From NCBI GenBank assembly GCA_000165425.1, contig CT868474.1:372001-436000 (forward strand): a DNA stretch of 64,000 bases, in the 5' to 3' direction. Within the stretch, counting starts at the first letter, position 1; every line of letters starts with the position of its first letter. The notes under the pieces are model-generated. The model was not told the origin of the DNA and ran no database searches. It saw only the letters and a program-made list of their open reading frames with translations. This DNA is from Paramecium tetraurelia (lineage: Eukaryota). This document shows positions 12,874 through 29,379 of this stretch, piece after piece. Made by a program: the position numbers and the translations under genes.

Positions 12874-14586
12874 ATGAATAAAGAAAATAACAATACTATT
12901 CTCACTTAGAATTAAATGGGTAGAAAAACGATGAAAATAAACACAAATGACATGGACTAATTTGTCAATTCAAGAATTGTTCAATTATAAAAATAATTAT
13001 TAGATAAAGAATTAGAAATTGAAAATTTATCCAAATTAAACTAAGATCCAAAAAATTAGACTTCAAATAAATATCGATTATTAGAAATCAAGCAGTCAAC
13101 TCTTATAAGCGAGAATTAATAAATGAAGACTCAATTATAGCAATATGAATCCTTGAATAAGACATTATAAAATAAATGCGATTAATTATAAGCAAAGATT
13201 GAATATTAAAATGCTGTTTTGGAAGAGACTCAAAAACATTTGGAATAAGAAAGATAATCAAAATACAATATGCAATTTTACTAATCATCCAATCATATGG
13301 ATGTCTAATAAGAGAAGATATTAATCAAAACTCAATTAGACAGCCTCAGAAAAGAAAAGAGTTAATTGATCTCAAAGGTTAAAGAACTAGAAAATTCCTT
13401 ATAATTACGTGAATTAAATACTAATTCAAATTGCTCAGAACTATCCTAATTGAAGTAATAATTGCAATAGTAAATTCAAAAGTCATCAGACTATATTGAA
13501 AAGACTCATACTTTGGAAGTCAAAAATACTTTATTGGAAGCATAAAGCAAATCCAGTCAGTCTCATAATGATGAATTGAGAAATTTAAGATCATAAGTGA
13601 TCTAATTATAAAAAGACAAGAATTCTCATCTTGAAATATAATAAGATTTAGAAAGCAAACTAAGATTGTAAACAGAACATGTTTTAAAATTATAAAATCT
13701 ATTGAATGACAAAACTAAATAATTAGTCAAATGTTAGGAAAGATTAAGTTAAGTTGAATCTATAGAAGAGGATAATTCAATTTTATAATAGGATTTAGAT
13801 AAGATCACTAATTCAATGGAAGAGATTCAATTAGAAAATTAAAGAATTGTTAAATTTTAATAGCAAAAAATTGATCAATTAAAAAGGGAACTCTCATAGA
13901 CTGATTTTATTAGAGAAGAGAATAATAGAAAGTAAGAAGAAATTGCATAATTGAAATATTAAATTGAAAGGAAAACAGGAGAGTAAGAAAAAGAAAAAGA
14001 ATCACTTGAAGAAGTAAATAATTTTAGTAAATTTTAGCTATAATAATTAAGAGAATCTTCAAAACAATGGGTTTCAGAAAAGGAGAATTATTAAAAAAAG
14101 ATTTTTCTATTAACTGATGAACTAGATAAAATTGCAAAGCAATAATGTGATTAACTAAGAATTTAAGTGGAAACTTAGATTCAAATGAAATTTTCAACTG
14201 AGAAAGTATAGTTAGAAAATCACATTTGGTAATTAAGTTCATAAATTAATGATTTGTAAGCATCATTAGAATAATATGCTACCAAATTTGGTTCATTAAA
14301 TATTGAGAATGATCAATTAAGGGAATAATTAAATGAAAAACAAATAACTTAAAAAACAGTAATAGTACTAGAAGGTTAGCTAAGAAATTATTGTAATGAA
14401 CTTGAGAAATTGAAAAATATGTTCAATCAAAGAAGTCAAGAACTCGAGCTAGCTAGAAATAAGATTTTATCTTTAGAAAGTTGTGCTAATTACGCTTAAG
14501 AGTTAGAGAGGAAGGTTTCAACTTTAATGTAAGATAACCAAAGATTAAATTCAATTATAATGGATAGATGTAAAAATAATTGGTGA
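12874..14586 (+). CDS. Hypothetical long coiled-coil protein
   Basis: MNKENNNTILTQNQMGRK..., Q/E/L heptad-rich, ends ...RCKNNW*. Confidence 0.75.
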
Positions 14587-14945
14587 AATTGTGTATATTA
14601 TTAAATAATTCACTTTTAAATAAATAATTATTATTAAAATCATAATTAGAGACAAAAATCATAGTATAAATAGAGAATGAATTAAATTATTGTTATTTTA
14701 AAAGTGGTTTGAAGATTATTATATATTTTTTTGTGTTTTTCATAATTTGATATCATCTCCTCCAATAATTGCTTTACAAAATTATATTTAAATATACCTA
14801 GTTTATGATATTGGTGACAGCCGGATCACTTGAATTGTAGAAGCAATATTGATTAAGTTCAAAATAATCAACATTTATAACACCCACTCCTGAGAACTAA
14901 AAAGTTAATAATAATAATAAATGTGATATAGAATATTTAATTAAA

Positions 14946-16076
14946 TCATATGTATAAATTCTCGCATTCATCTATTAGGTACTTTAAGTCGATGGTTTCA
15001 CTAAAATATTCTATAATTTAGGTTACTTACTTATATAATTTTTTAACAATATCTAAATCAGCTATGAAGTTTGCTTTGGACTTCAATAAAATTTTTAATT
15101 ATTTTCTATCCTTAATAAATTTGGAATGATTGGCATTCTGAGTGAATAGCAAAATTGGAAAATAAAACAATTATTATTCTTAATTGAGTTCTAAGGATTT
15201 ATTTCTTTAGATAAGGGAATTAGCTGCCTTGATTTTGCAAACAATTTCTGCCAATTATTTTTTTTTGAGTTCAACAGTTTTTTACATAATAGTCTATTTA
15301 ATATAAAGATGCAGATACAAGTTATTCTTTTTGAAATGATTTTTCCTGTAATATATTCTTTCCTAATACCAAAGTGTCAAAGTCGGCTTTAACCTTTTTA
15401 CCATCTTTTTTTAAGACTCTAGAGGCAATCATTACATTAAGCGCGTCATACACTCTCCTTTTTATATTCTACTCATCTTTTGACTTTGAAATTAATTTTA
15501 TAATACATTATCACAATCTGAAATTCTACCTTCTTCTTAAATCAATTCTTAAATAAGTCTTTCTGCGACATCCTTGTAGGACGTGGATTTGAATTCGAAG
15601 ACTATTTGTTTAACTTTGATTGATAAATGTTTTAGTCCTACAGTTAAAAAATCATTTTAAGTACCTTTTTAGGATTTGAAGGGTTCTTTTTAAGATTCAT
15701 AATTGGGCATTCTTAATTGTTATTAATCGTGACAAGACCTATGAAATGATAAAATAGAGAGATACCTTTTTTGTGGTAAGATTGCAGGAGGAGTGGGTTT
15801 TTTGAGATTTGAAAATTTGGATGGTTTCACAATGATTTATTGGGAGATTGCTTATTAAAAGGGTAGATTGTCGAACATCATCTCCAATGGTTGTGGTTCA
15901 AAGGGCAATTGGGAATAGACTTTGTCGGATTGATTATTGATTTCAAAAGGGTTATTAGGGAGAAACAGATGTTTTTGAGAAATGCTAACGAACTAGGACT
16001 CATGAAGCATTTATGAAGGGTTAGGAATGACAGGAGGATCATATGATCTAGAGTTAACATTATGATTAGTTATCAT
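14946..16076 (-). CDS. DP-family (E2F dimerization partner) transcription factor
   Basis: Winged helix GLKHLSIKVKQIVFEFKSTSYKDVAERLI...KDEQNIKRRVYDALNVMIAS, followed by a coiled coil and YFPILL. Confidence 0.88.
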
Positions 16077-16136
16077 TATATATTTGTTTAATTTGAGTTA
16101 TTACCCAATCCGAACTCCTTCAATTATTCATTTAAT

Positions 16137-18521
<2,385 letters not shown>

Positions 18522-18527
18522 TAATTA

Positions 18528-19565
18528 ATGTAAATACAAAAAGATCTCAAATCGAGAATACAAGAAATACTAAAAAAACACTATATTAAATAAGTCGATT
18601 TGCCATGAGAAACAGGCATCCATCACAGGACTCTCTCCCTCTGGATGTAGAACAAAAAACAAACCAAGAAAACAGGACATCTTCAATACAAAAATTGAAG
18701 AGTTATTGGATAGATTGATTACCAGCTTTCATACCAATAAAGGGCATCGAATGGGCACTGGTTAATACAAACCGCTGATAGCAAAGCATCTCAATTCGGG
18801 AACATTGGGGCACAATATTTAAGTATCCCATCACACAGTAGGACCTGTTTTGCCTAATTCTAAATTTCACATCCTCAGAAATCAATATCAAAATTCCATC
18901 ACATAATTAAGGCAAGAAATCATTTGTTTAAGACTAAAGAATAGTTAAATAACACTCCCAATATTTCATTAGAATAAGCATTAAATAAGACTGTGTTTCA
19001 ATCTCTTATAGCTTAATAAGGATTAAGACATTCCCGTTGAGACATCATCAGAATATTAATAATAAGTGCCAATTACAATAGATTTTGAACTAGATATCAA
19101 AATGATCTACAAAACCTTTTGTTTAAAATCTCAATGAATCTCATATGATTCTTAAAATATTTGCTAGAATAATACCAGATATGAACAATACTATGAATTC
19201 ACCTGAAGGTTTGACAGAATAAACAACCAAAGAAATTTAAATGCCTGAATAATATGAACACAAGATAGCTCATGCGTAGAGAGAATTGATTTCGTTTTTG
19301 CAATGATAAATTGGAACCGAAAACTGGGGAAGACTTCAGTAATTTGAAGAAAAGCATCAAAACTTTAATTTAAAGCAATGCCAATATAAACCAATTGAAA
19401 AATGTTATGTTTTCGAATTAAATCAATGATAAAATTGAGTTAAGTTGAATTAGAACATGATAACCAATTCAAATGGAGATCTTCAATTGAACTTCTATAT
19501 TCGAATGTCCTTATGAATGTGCAGAGGAGAATCGCAAAACCAGATATGTAAGGAGATAAAGATGA
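18528..19565 (+). pseudogene. Coding-like but frame-disrupted region, possible decaying gene
   Basis: Plausible start MQIQKDLKSRIQEILKKHYIKQ with a 22-nt GT..AG intron (18594..18615), then protein-like segments hopping between frames. TGA occurs in all three frames from about 19030 to 19450. Confidence 0.35.
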
Positions 19566-19612
19566 TCAGCAATATAAATTCATTTATTTTTTAATATAAA
19601 ATAATAAAACTG

Positions 19613-22600
19613 ATGGAAGAAGCTAATCAGAAACAAAATTTATCTTTCCAGATAGCCTAATTGGAAGAAGAGTACAACAATTACATAGAGTATAACATCA
19701 TTTAATTTTAGCTCTTCTGAGGTTGTTATGGAATACTATAAAAATCAGTAAACAAGTGGATTGGATAAGCATTTTCTGAAAATCGAAGAATGGTTGGATT
19801 AGGATGTTGTAATATAACTTTAATTAATTCAAATTAGAAAGGCAAATAAAATCTTCCATTGGTCATAGAGGCAGAAGATGGTGTAGGCAAAAAAACATTA
19901 CTTGTCAAGTGGATTGGATATCATAATGCCAACAAAAAAGGAAGGTATTAAGACATCATTATTCCCCATTTTGCAATGGTTGGAGGAAACAACAGTAACT
20001 ATTTCTATGCCATATATCGAATATTGGTGAAATTGAGGGAATTGCTGAACATAGGATAGAAAGTAGAGTTATTAGAAGAGAAACTTCGGAAATACTTTGC
20101 ATATTGGTTGGACATCTGCAATTCACACATAGAGAACCAAATTCTCAAGGAAGCCAAAACTCTTTATAATAGAATCATCCTTATCTTTGAGGGTGTTAAT
20201 CACTTTGTTGACTAAGGCAATGGAATCTCAAAAGAAGCTAATGTTTCCTTCTGGTTACCATAATTCTTTCCGCCCAGAATCAAAGTTATTTTGACAGCTT
20301 CTAAGAATTCAGGAGCAATGCAATATCTATAGAAAATCAATTCACAAATCATATCAATCAAAGTGGAACCTAAAATCATTGAGAAGATGATTGAGACACA
20401 TAAAAAAAGAAAAACCTTTCTTGTAATAATTCTAAATTAATATTATATAGTCTGACTCACTTAAGGATAAATTATTAAATATTCTGACTCAAACTAAATG
20501 TGAGATGAATTCTATATTTTGTAAGACATTTCTTTCACTTCTGATTCCATATCCCAGTCTTGGAATCATTGGAGAAGGTGATGTTAGACCAGACACTATT
20601 GAATCTTTGGTATCTTAAATCGATATGGCTAAATTGTAAGAGGTTACTGGTTTAGAAGATTTGGTGAATTTTATATTGGATCATTTTCAAACCAAAATGT
20701 TTAAGGATTAAGAAAAATTTATTAAATTGCTTCTATGCTTTACAATAACTTAAAAAGGTTTGATGATCTAAGAAGCATTGATTATTTGTCAATTGAATGA
20801 GAATGATTGGAAGACATTTTTGGTGTTCTTTAAAGTGTACCTTATGCATTATAAAGAATATTGGATTATTAATAATGATCTGTTTAAGAGTATCATCTAG
20901 AAAAGATATATAAAAGAGAACTCTTTAGTTCCTAAATTACATGAGGAAATTGCTGATCATTTAAATAAATCTACTAACTCCATAAGGAAATTAGAAGAGC
21001 AAACATATCATCTATTCATGGCTAAAACATACTTTAAGTTAAAGGAAATAGTGTCTGCAATTGAGAATTTCCTATTATTATTTAATCCCAATAATAAATA
21101 CGATTTATGTCGATATTGGTAAAAGCTGGAGGAACAAGGGTTTGATCCAGTCATAGAATACAATAAAGCTATAGAAGGTTTTGCTATGCAGTATCATCCT
21201 AGTAGTGAGGACATTTTTAGAATCATAGTGCAAGTGTCAAGATTTTTAAAAGAGTTTTGTGATTTTGAAACTTATTATACTCCAAGTTTTAGACATCCAC
21301 CGATTTAAGGAATTGAAGATGAATTAGATGATATCGGATTATTAAATGAACTTTATAGAATGAATCTATGTTACATAATTGATGCCAATCCTAAAAAAAT
21401 TGGGAATAATGATGAAAATTATAAATCACCATAAGAGAGAATCAATGAAAAGATAGAGAAGCTTAAATCTAAATAAGTATTATAAAAAGATTAGAAATAA
21501 ACCAAGAAGCCTGGGAAGGAAGAGGATGTTAAGAAAACATAACCTACTATCAGTCTGTTAGAGAAAAAGAAGAAACCAGAAATATTGACTAAACTAGAAA
21601 AATTGAATGTGGATATTCCTTATAATAGAGAATAAGTAAAGAAGTTCTTTGAAGAAAAAATAGGGATTAGTAATTTTCAAGAAGAGAAACAAAGAGAGAA
21701 AGAATCAGAGGATGCTAAGATCTATTAAAAATTAGAAAATGGGTAGGTTTCAATGAAAGATTTGGACATTAATTTAAGCAAGGACGAAGATGTTCAATTG
21801 AAAAAGCCAGATTAACTAAAGCTAACACATAATTCAATTTAAGTTAAGAAATTAGAAGAGTAATCATTAGTTAGTGAAAGAAAACCGACAGATTATTATT
21901 ATAAGAGATGGATTTGGATTCAATTTCCATGGGTTTGCTTATCTGTTCATAGTGATTATTCTGCCAAAATGAAATAATGTTTTGCCAAGGCCACTGAGTA
22001 TATGAGTGTCTAAGAAGAAAAGGCCTTTACAAAATAAGCATTAAAGATAGCTATTGAAGCTAAATTGAAGAAGAAGATGATGTATCAAAAATAAGAGGAC
22101 ATAAATACTACTCTATTCAATGACAAAGAATTATCTGTTATTCCAGTTAAATAAGAATAGAACACATCAATCTTGACATTGATGAAATAATAAAATGATT
22201 TACCTGGTGTAAAAGGATTTAAAAGGGAGAAATCATTAGCAGATAATACTATAAACAATTTGAACCAGAAATCTACGTATAGAGAAGTCAAATCCACAAA
22301 AATGCACACTACTAGTTTGCAATTCTTCATTACCGAGGATCAAATGAGTCTCTCTCAAATTCACAAGGAAATAGAAGAATAGAAGAAATAATAACAATAA
22401 AATTAAGTTGATAAAAAACAAACAACTCTCCCTTCTATCCATAAAACTCAAGAAGTTTCTTTAAATACAACTATGAGGATTATTGACAAATCTAAAATGC
22501 AAAAAGAAAAATTCAAATAGTTCAATCCAGAAACCATTAATAAATCTTCTTAATCAATTTTACCTAGATTAAAGAGTGAAATTGCACTTCATAATGGCAA

Positions 22601-24056
22601 AGAACTGTATATAATGTTATAATAAGCAAAGGATTTGAAGAAGGAACTTGACAATATAATTTATTAAAAGTAATCCTATTAATTTATTTTAGTCAAACCG
22701 CTACAAAGAAATTAGCTAATTTAAGAACACTTCAACATAACGAGGGATTCGGAACGGATGTAGATACGGTTTCATAAATTTAAGACAAAGTAAATTCTAT
22801 TGATTTTATTCTTTAAAGATTGAAAACCTGAAAAGATTGAGGGAAGAAGCAGAACATGACTATTTATTGAGTATGGTATAAGATAGTAGATTGAGAATTA
22901 TTATTAAAATCAGTGGTGACAATAGATCTTATAATGAAGAATGGATCAGAGACTTAAACTATTTATAATGTAATCTAAACAAATTAATTAAATATGAGAA
23001 ATAAGAGATCATCAAAATGGAGACTGAAATAAAACAAATCCACATTATACATGTTTAATATGTAGATGCCTTTAATAACAATATGAATTATTCCAAATAA
23101 ATGATTGATTAAATCAATAAAACTGTTAGACAGAAGGAAGACTTCGATCATTACTTTTAATAATCAGATTCTATCATATAATAATAATCATCCGAAAAGA
23201 TGCAAAAATTACAACAACAATATGCTTAAAATGAAGATAAAGAACAGTAGAGAGTAAAAAGAATTCAACTTGAAAGAAACAGTAAAGCTATCTCTGACAA
23301 GCTTGAAGTTCTTAGATCAACAATGGCGCATGTTAGTCAATACATAGAAGTAATTAAATATATACTACCTAATTTATAGATAGAAAATTCTGATTATTCC
23401 AAGGAAGAGAGGTTCGTTGAATTTTTAAATCAATTAGAAATTAAAACATCACTCGAAGCCAAAATATCATCTTAAGAAGATCAACTGAGTGACTTGTACC
23501 TTAAATTAAATAAATAGAAGATGTATTTAAATGTAAGTATTAATTATTATTAAAGACGTTCAAAAATGCTAATTCAAATGAAAATAAGAAATAACGTGAA
23601 AAAACAATTAAATATATATAAGGGAAAGTGTAAGACAATGAAACAATTTAAATGTTATTGGAGAAAAGAGATTTCTAATTAAAATAGAATTAAGCCAAGG
23701 AAAAACAAAAAAATAAATTACAGCTTCAATTATTAGATTACAAAGTATCTAAACTTAATTTTTAATATATAGATAAGCATCAAGAATATTAGATCCAAAA
23801 TGTAACAGTCAAAATTAAAAAGCATCTCTGAACAAGGAACTGCTGTAAAGATAACATTAATTAATGATGTATTTATTGAATTGATTTCTTTCAGATATAT
23901 GAAGATTTAACCAAAAGATAAAATTTCATCAAAGAGAAGCTGGGTGAAGAGATGTTTTAATAATTCTTAGCTAAAAAACTCGACTTTAATAAAATGTACA
24001 AAGCAGCATTTAAATATCATTAAGACCCAGCTTTAACACAAATGGAACCTTATTGA
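19613..24056 (+). CDS. Large protein with NACHT/STAND-like P-loop region (NPHP3/TTC41/TEP1-like) and long C-terminal coiled coil
   Basis: PLVIEAEDGVGKKTLLVKWI, IIIPHF, RIILIFEGVNHF, FWLPQFFPPRIKVILTAS, RKLEEQTYHL, YDLCRYWQKL; many short introns; TGA 24054..24056. Confidence 0.7.
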
Positions 24057-24114
24057 AGTTTTATTAAAATATTTTATTTATTTATTAGATATTAATCAGG
24101 TTTCAATCTTAAAC

Positions 24115-25053
24115 TCATTAATATTTATCTTAATATGAATATGTCAATATTCCACAAGTATTTCCGGACTTAATACGAATGAAACCATTTTCCCCCCAAC
24201 CTAAGCCCCATGAGTTCTTAACAATCCAATTTCCAGACTCTTCATATCCAACCACAACAGCATAATGGTTCAAAGTTATACCACAATTTGAAAAGATTCC
24301 AGAAGAATAAAATTACCAATTTTAGGCATCCAAACCAGCTGAAACTGGATGGCTAATTAAAGCTTATTTCATATTGTATTCTCCAAATGCTGATGAATAT
24401 TTTAATGCATGATAGGTTCCGTTTAATCTCTTACAAGTTTAATTATATCCAACATATGGGTACTCGATATTAGTAGCAATTCCATTAGATATTGCAAATT
24501 TATATCCATTGATATTAGAACCATCGGTACATCCTCTTGACAATTAATCACAATCAATCAAATGCTATTCAGATAAAGATACATTCTTTTTTTAATATAT
24601 TTTCTAATACACCTCCAATGTACCTGTTACAGAAAATGCCCATCCAGAATTGCATTGTCCTTAATCCTTAACAATTGTATGGTTTCTATAATCAATCGAA
24701 GCGTTCAATTATATATTTCCTAATTAAAGAATTTCTGGTTGATCTCCGACATAATGCTCCTAAATGTTCATTAAATGCAATGATTAAAACTACTCCTGAG
24801 TCAAATGCATAAACTTATTCATTCCCATAGTGTAAGTCTGGCTTTCATCAGAATTGTGCTGTTCAATTTTCTATAAATTTGTTTAAAAAATCTAAAATCT
24901 GTATTAGTTCTCTTCATTAAGAAATTGCATTCCATGCTTTAATTTCCAATCTTCAAATTTTAATTACAAGCTTGTAACATTTTCTTGATTGTTTTAATTG
25001 ATAGATATCAATAACAAACTTGAAATCAACAAAATACTTAGATATTTTATCAT
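24115..25053 (-). CDS. Papain-family (C1A) cathepsin L-like protein, catalytic Cys replaced by Gly
   Basis: Signal peptide, I29 prodomain ([12 protein letters not shown]), [40 protein letters not shown]. Confidence 0.92.
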
Positions 25054-25574
25054 ATTAATTTTTAAATTAAATATTTATGAGAATTATATTAATTTATTCC
25101 GATGTTAAAAATTAATACACAATTTAAATATAACGAAAATGGTTTAAAGTTCTAAAAAAACTTGTAATATAATTAAGCCAAATCAATAAATAGACTCTAA
25201 ATTTATGTTTTTTTATTGTATCTAATTAAATATATCATTATCTTAAAGAATTGCTATTTAATACAACAGATCAACCTTTTCCTATTCCTCTTAATAATCA
25301 TTATTTTTCGATTTTCGGATTCTATGCCTTTCAGACCCATGGAGATTGGTATTTTCTATCCATTTTCTATTTTGATTAGAGTTTAATATAATTTTAGTTA
25401 TATTAAAAATAATTTAATTTTCGAATTCTAATCAAACTTATTATGTATTTTTATTGGTATTATTTTTTCTCTTAATCACAATAATTAAGCTATAGAATGA
25501 ATAAAATATTCTATAAACAAATTGTGTAATTTAAGGCAAAACTATTAAATAGCTAAAAATTAAATAAAATAACT

Positions 25575-26501
25575 ATGAAATAATATTTAACTACAGCATT
25601 TGTGGCCTTGCTAATGGCAGCTGGATATTACAATGTTTCTTATGAAAATAAATCAGACTTTGAGGTTTGGGCAACACAAAATAACAAGTTTTATACCGAA
25701 TCCGAAAAAATGTACAGAATGGGAATATACTATTCCAACAAGAAAATGATTGAAGAACATAACAAAAGAGACGATGTTACTTATAAAATGGGGGAGAATT
25801 AATTTATGGCTCTTACAAACGAAGAGTTTGTTGACCTCTATTTATAAAAAAGTATTCCTCCTATGGATACAATCGAATTGTTAATCCCAAAAATTTAACT
25901 TGAAGGATTAAATGCAGTTGATTGGAAAAATTACTCATCTGTCAAATATCAAGGTAATTGCCATGCAGGATATGCCTTTTCTGTAAGTAATTCAGTGGAA
26001 GCCTGGTATGGAATAAAAAAATATTAAAAAATATCTCCATCCACCTAACAAATAATAGACTGTGATTATAACTCTTCAGGATGTGATGGAGGTTATAATA
26101 TGTACGCTATGGATTATGTACGCAGTGTAGGATTGACATCAAACTAAAGTTATCCATATGCTGACAAAGAATAGGTTTGTAAATAATCAAGAAATGGCTC
26201 ATATTTTATTTCAGGCTATTTATTTGTCGGAGGGTATTAAGAGAACTTATAGTATTACTTATCCAATTATCCAGTGTCAGTGGCAGTTAATGCTAATAAT
26301 TGGTAGTTTTATAATTCAGGAGTATTTTAAAACTGTACTTCAAATGAGACTAATCATCATGCATTGGCAGTAGGTTTTGATAATAATAGTAATTGGATTG
26401 TTTAAAATTCATGGGGATCTTGGTGGGGTGAAGATGGACATATCAGATTAAAAGAATAGAATACATGTGGTATCTTAAATTATGCTTATCAAATCTATTG
26501 A
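25575..26501 (+). CDS. Papain-family (C1A) cathepsin L-like protein, catalytic Cys replaced by Gly
   Basis: Signal peptide, I29 prodomain (YKMGENQFMALT), KYQGNCHAGYAFS, STQQIIDC, CDGG, TNHHALAVGF, WIVQNSWG. Confidence 0.92.
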
Positions 26502-27639
26502 AAGATTAATATTTATCATATATCATAAATGTATGTTTCGCTTACCATTAATCATGTAGGTGAATCCTACATATCATTATTTCATATTTTATCATCTTTA
26601 GAAATTAATACAGTTAAAAAATAATTACTATTATTAATATTTATTCTAATACTAAATCTTCAACCAAATAAATCAAATGGATTAAGATAATAAATAAATG
26701 CTCATTCACATTTAATTAAAATGAAAAACCTGAAATAATTAAAAAAATGGAAAGAAATTATAATCAATTAGCAAGATACAAATTTTTTAATCAACTTTAG
26801 ATTATGTACTATACCTTCAAATTTTGCTAGACATTTTTAATAATTTTATAATTTACCCTCTAATCAAATTGTATTTTACTATTTTAAAGTCTTCTTGTTT
26901 TATTGTGCTAAGTTCAAAAAACAACAGTTTTATAATTATAATAATAGTATGGGGACCATTTCAGGATAGGTTTAAACCATCTATTTCTAAAATTTGCAAT
27001 CTTCATATAATCACAATAATTTAATAATGAATGCCTTGCTGTAGAAAATTGTGTCTAATAGTTTGCGCTATTCAACAATAATATCATTAACTTAACTCTG
27101 GGCAAATTTTTCTTTATCGCTGTCTTACATGGCTATGCATACAATGTTTTAAAATAAAGTTTACCTTTTTTATAATATTGTAGTTTTTAATTAACATTCT
27201 CTTAACGATGAAGGTCTACATTTCTAAATTTCTTAGATTAATCAATAGTGCCTTTTCGCCTTTTATATTAACCTTCATTTTTCAGATAACTATTACTATT
27301 TCAATAAAAATGAATTTAGGGTTGGGATTATAACTTTATTTTAGATAATTAAGACTTAATTAATTGTAAATATCTAATTATTTTAATTAAATGAATAAAT
27401 ATTTTTATATATTTTACTGTGCATTAATATATAATAAAATTAAATACATATTAATAAATAAAAAAGAATTTTTGGAAAAGAGGTTTCAGTTCTATTTACT
27501 TTTTGCTCACTATGGTAATTATTTAAGGTTGAAAGATAAGATTTTATTTAAGAAAGTATATAATATATTATGGGAGTTTATTAAACAAATTGTTGCTCAA
27601 TTAATAGTATTTTTAAATTATATGTATATTTTATTGGGA

Positions 27640-28934
27640 TCATTCATTATCTAATTCAAGCACACTATCAGGTAATTCAGTTAAGTGAGGATGCCTTCTT
27701 ATTTTAGGCTGTGCTTGACCTTTTAAATGTCTCAAAACAACTACTCTATAGAGATGTGCTATTTCCCATTGATCCATGGGCATTTTCCTAAAGCGTAAAT
27801 ATAGAAAGTTACCATTCATCACTTGGTGGTTTGACCATAATTTTGAGTAAGTCAGAGTGCTTTTATTTATATTTTTCAAAGAAGTCAATGAAATTCAAGT
27901 TTTCTATTATTTCCAGATTATATTCCTTAGCTTTCTATTCAAAAGCTTATAATTCTATCAAATATTCAGGAACATATTTAATTTAATTATCTTCTTTAAA
28001 CCCAACAGAATCTTCTAAATAAAAGTAGTATTATTATCCAAATGGCTTATTTTTGGAAAATTGTAGACTGTCAAACTTTATTGAAAAATATTGGTTTCTA
28101 GAGTATACATAGTTACCTTCTATATCTTTTGTTGTAAATTCCCTCATTTTTTTCACTAGCACATTAGAATCAGTTATTGTCATTAAAACAATGCCTTAAT
28201 TGGTCAATCTACAGGTCATATTCTTGAGATAATACGGTTATGTATACTTCAAACATATTTTCTACTGCTTATTCTGAGGAGAATAACAAGTTTGCCATAA
28301 ATTACATACTTACAAAATCAAAATATATATCTTATGGTAATCTAGATCTGAATAAAGTAGAATCTGAATCTGCTTTTGTCTCCATCAAATATATTTTTTA
28401 AATCTATTTCTTCTTATCTTCCTTTTGAGTCTTATGTCTTCTTTCAGCCTCCTTTAAACTTTCACTTGATATGTCAATTCCAAACCAAAGCCCAGTCCCT
28501 GCCTTGCTCCATTTATACATATCTCCACCCTTTCCACACCCCATTTCAAAAACATTTAATAACTTAAAACATAGCTTATTTTAATTACATTTCTCTTATC
28601 AGTAAAGTTTTGTTTAACTGCACTACTGTATTCATTAATTAAAACAGCTTTAACCCAATTTTAAAAGTTTCTTAGATAATATAATTTACTAATTCTTCTA
28701 TGAGTTTCTGTATTTTTAAGTTACTAATTATAATAATCTTTAGCAGTAACAGTATCTTAAAAATTAAAGAATATATATACTTTTCTATTTCTGATCTATT
28801 CTTTTATTATCATATTCAATTTCTTACTGTATTTGACCAATTTCTGGTTCATGTCCAATGTGCACCTTTTTTATAGGAGCTCTCTCATGCGATTCGGAAT
28901 CTGTAAATTGTAGAGACTAAGAGCTAGAACTCAT
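27640..28934 (-). CDS. RNMT: mRNA cap guanine-N7 methyltransferase (RNMT/Abd1)
   Basis: LRNFQNWVKAVLI, VFEMGCGKGGDMYKW, GIDIS, VPEYLI, QWEIAHLYRVVVL. Confidence 0.93.
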
Positions 28935-29379
28935 TAATTATTGCTTTAATTTATTTTTAATACTATTTAATTATCTGTATAAAAATTAACCAGAATCAAA
29001 TTTTCGACAATTATCAAATTATTATCTAAAAGAATAATTTCTGAGAACTCGATTAAATTTAATGTAAGTCCGAACTCATATGTAGAAATATGGGTGCTAA
29101 AAAATAATATATAAGAAAGAAACAATTTGGTTCAAAATCTCAGAAATCTATTGAGATTCTCTTGTGACGTCTAATTAACAAAAAGAATTTAGAAGATTAG
29201 CTTACAATCTTCCTATAATCTTACTTTTTGTTTGTGAAATTTAATTTGCAGAAATAAATTTAGAAATTATTAGGTGTTATTTAAGAAATTGATTTTACAT
29301 TAATCAGCCTTGAGAAAACCTGTGGGTATAAAAAAAACAACATATTGTTTTAATATGACTTTATTCTGACTACAACTAA

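Noticed and set aside
14640..14930. Minus-strand fragment with intron-like GT..AG segments downstream of the DP gene
   Set aside because: No clear start codon or continuous frame.
26550..27600. Long AT-rich interval with short coding-like and intron-like pieces on the minus strand
   Set aside because: No coherent ORF or motif; it may be a gene remnant but I cannot support that.
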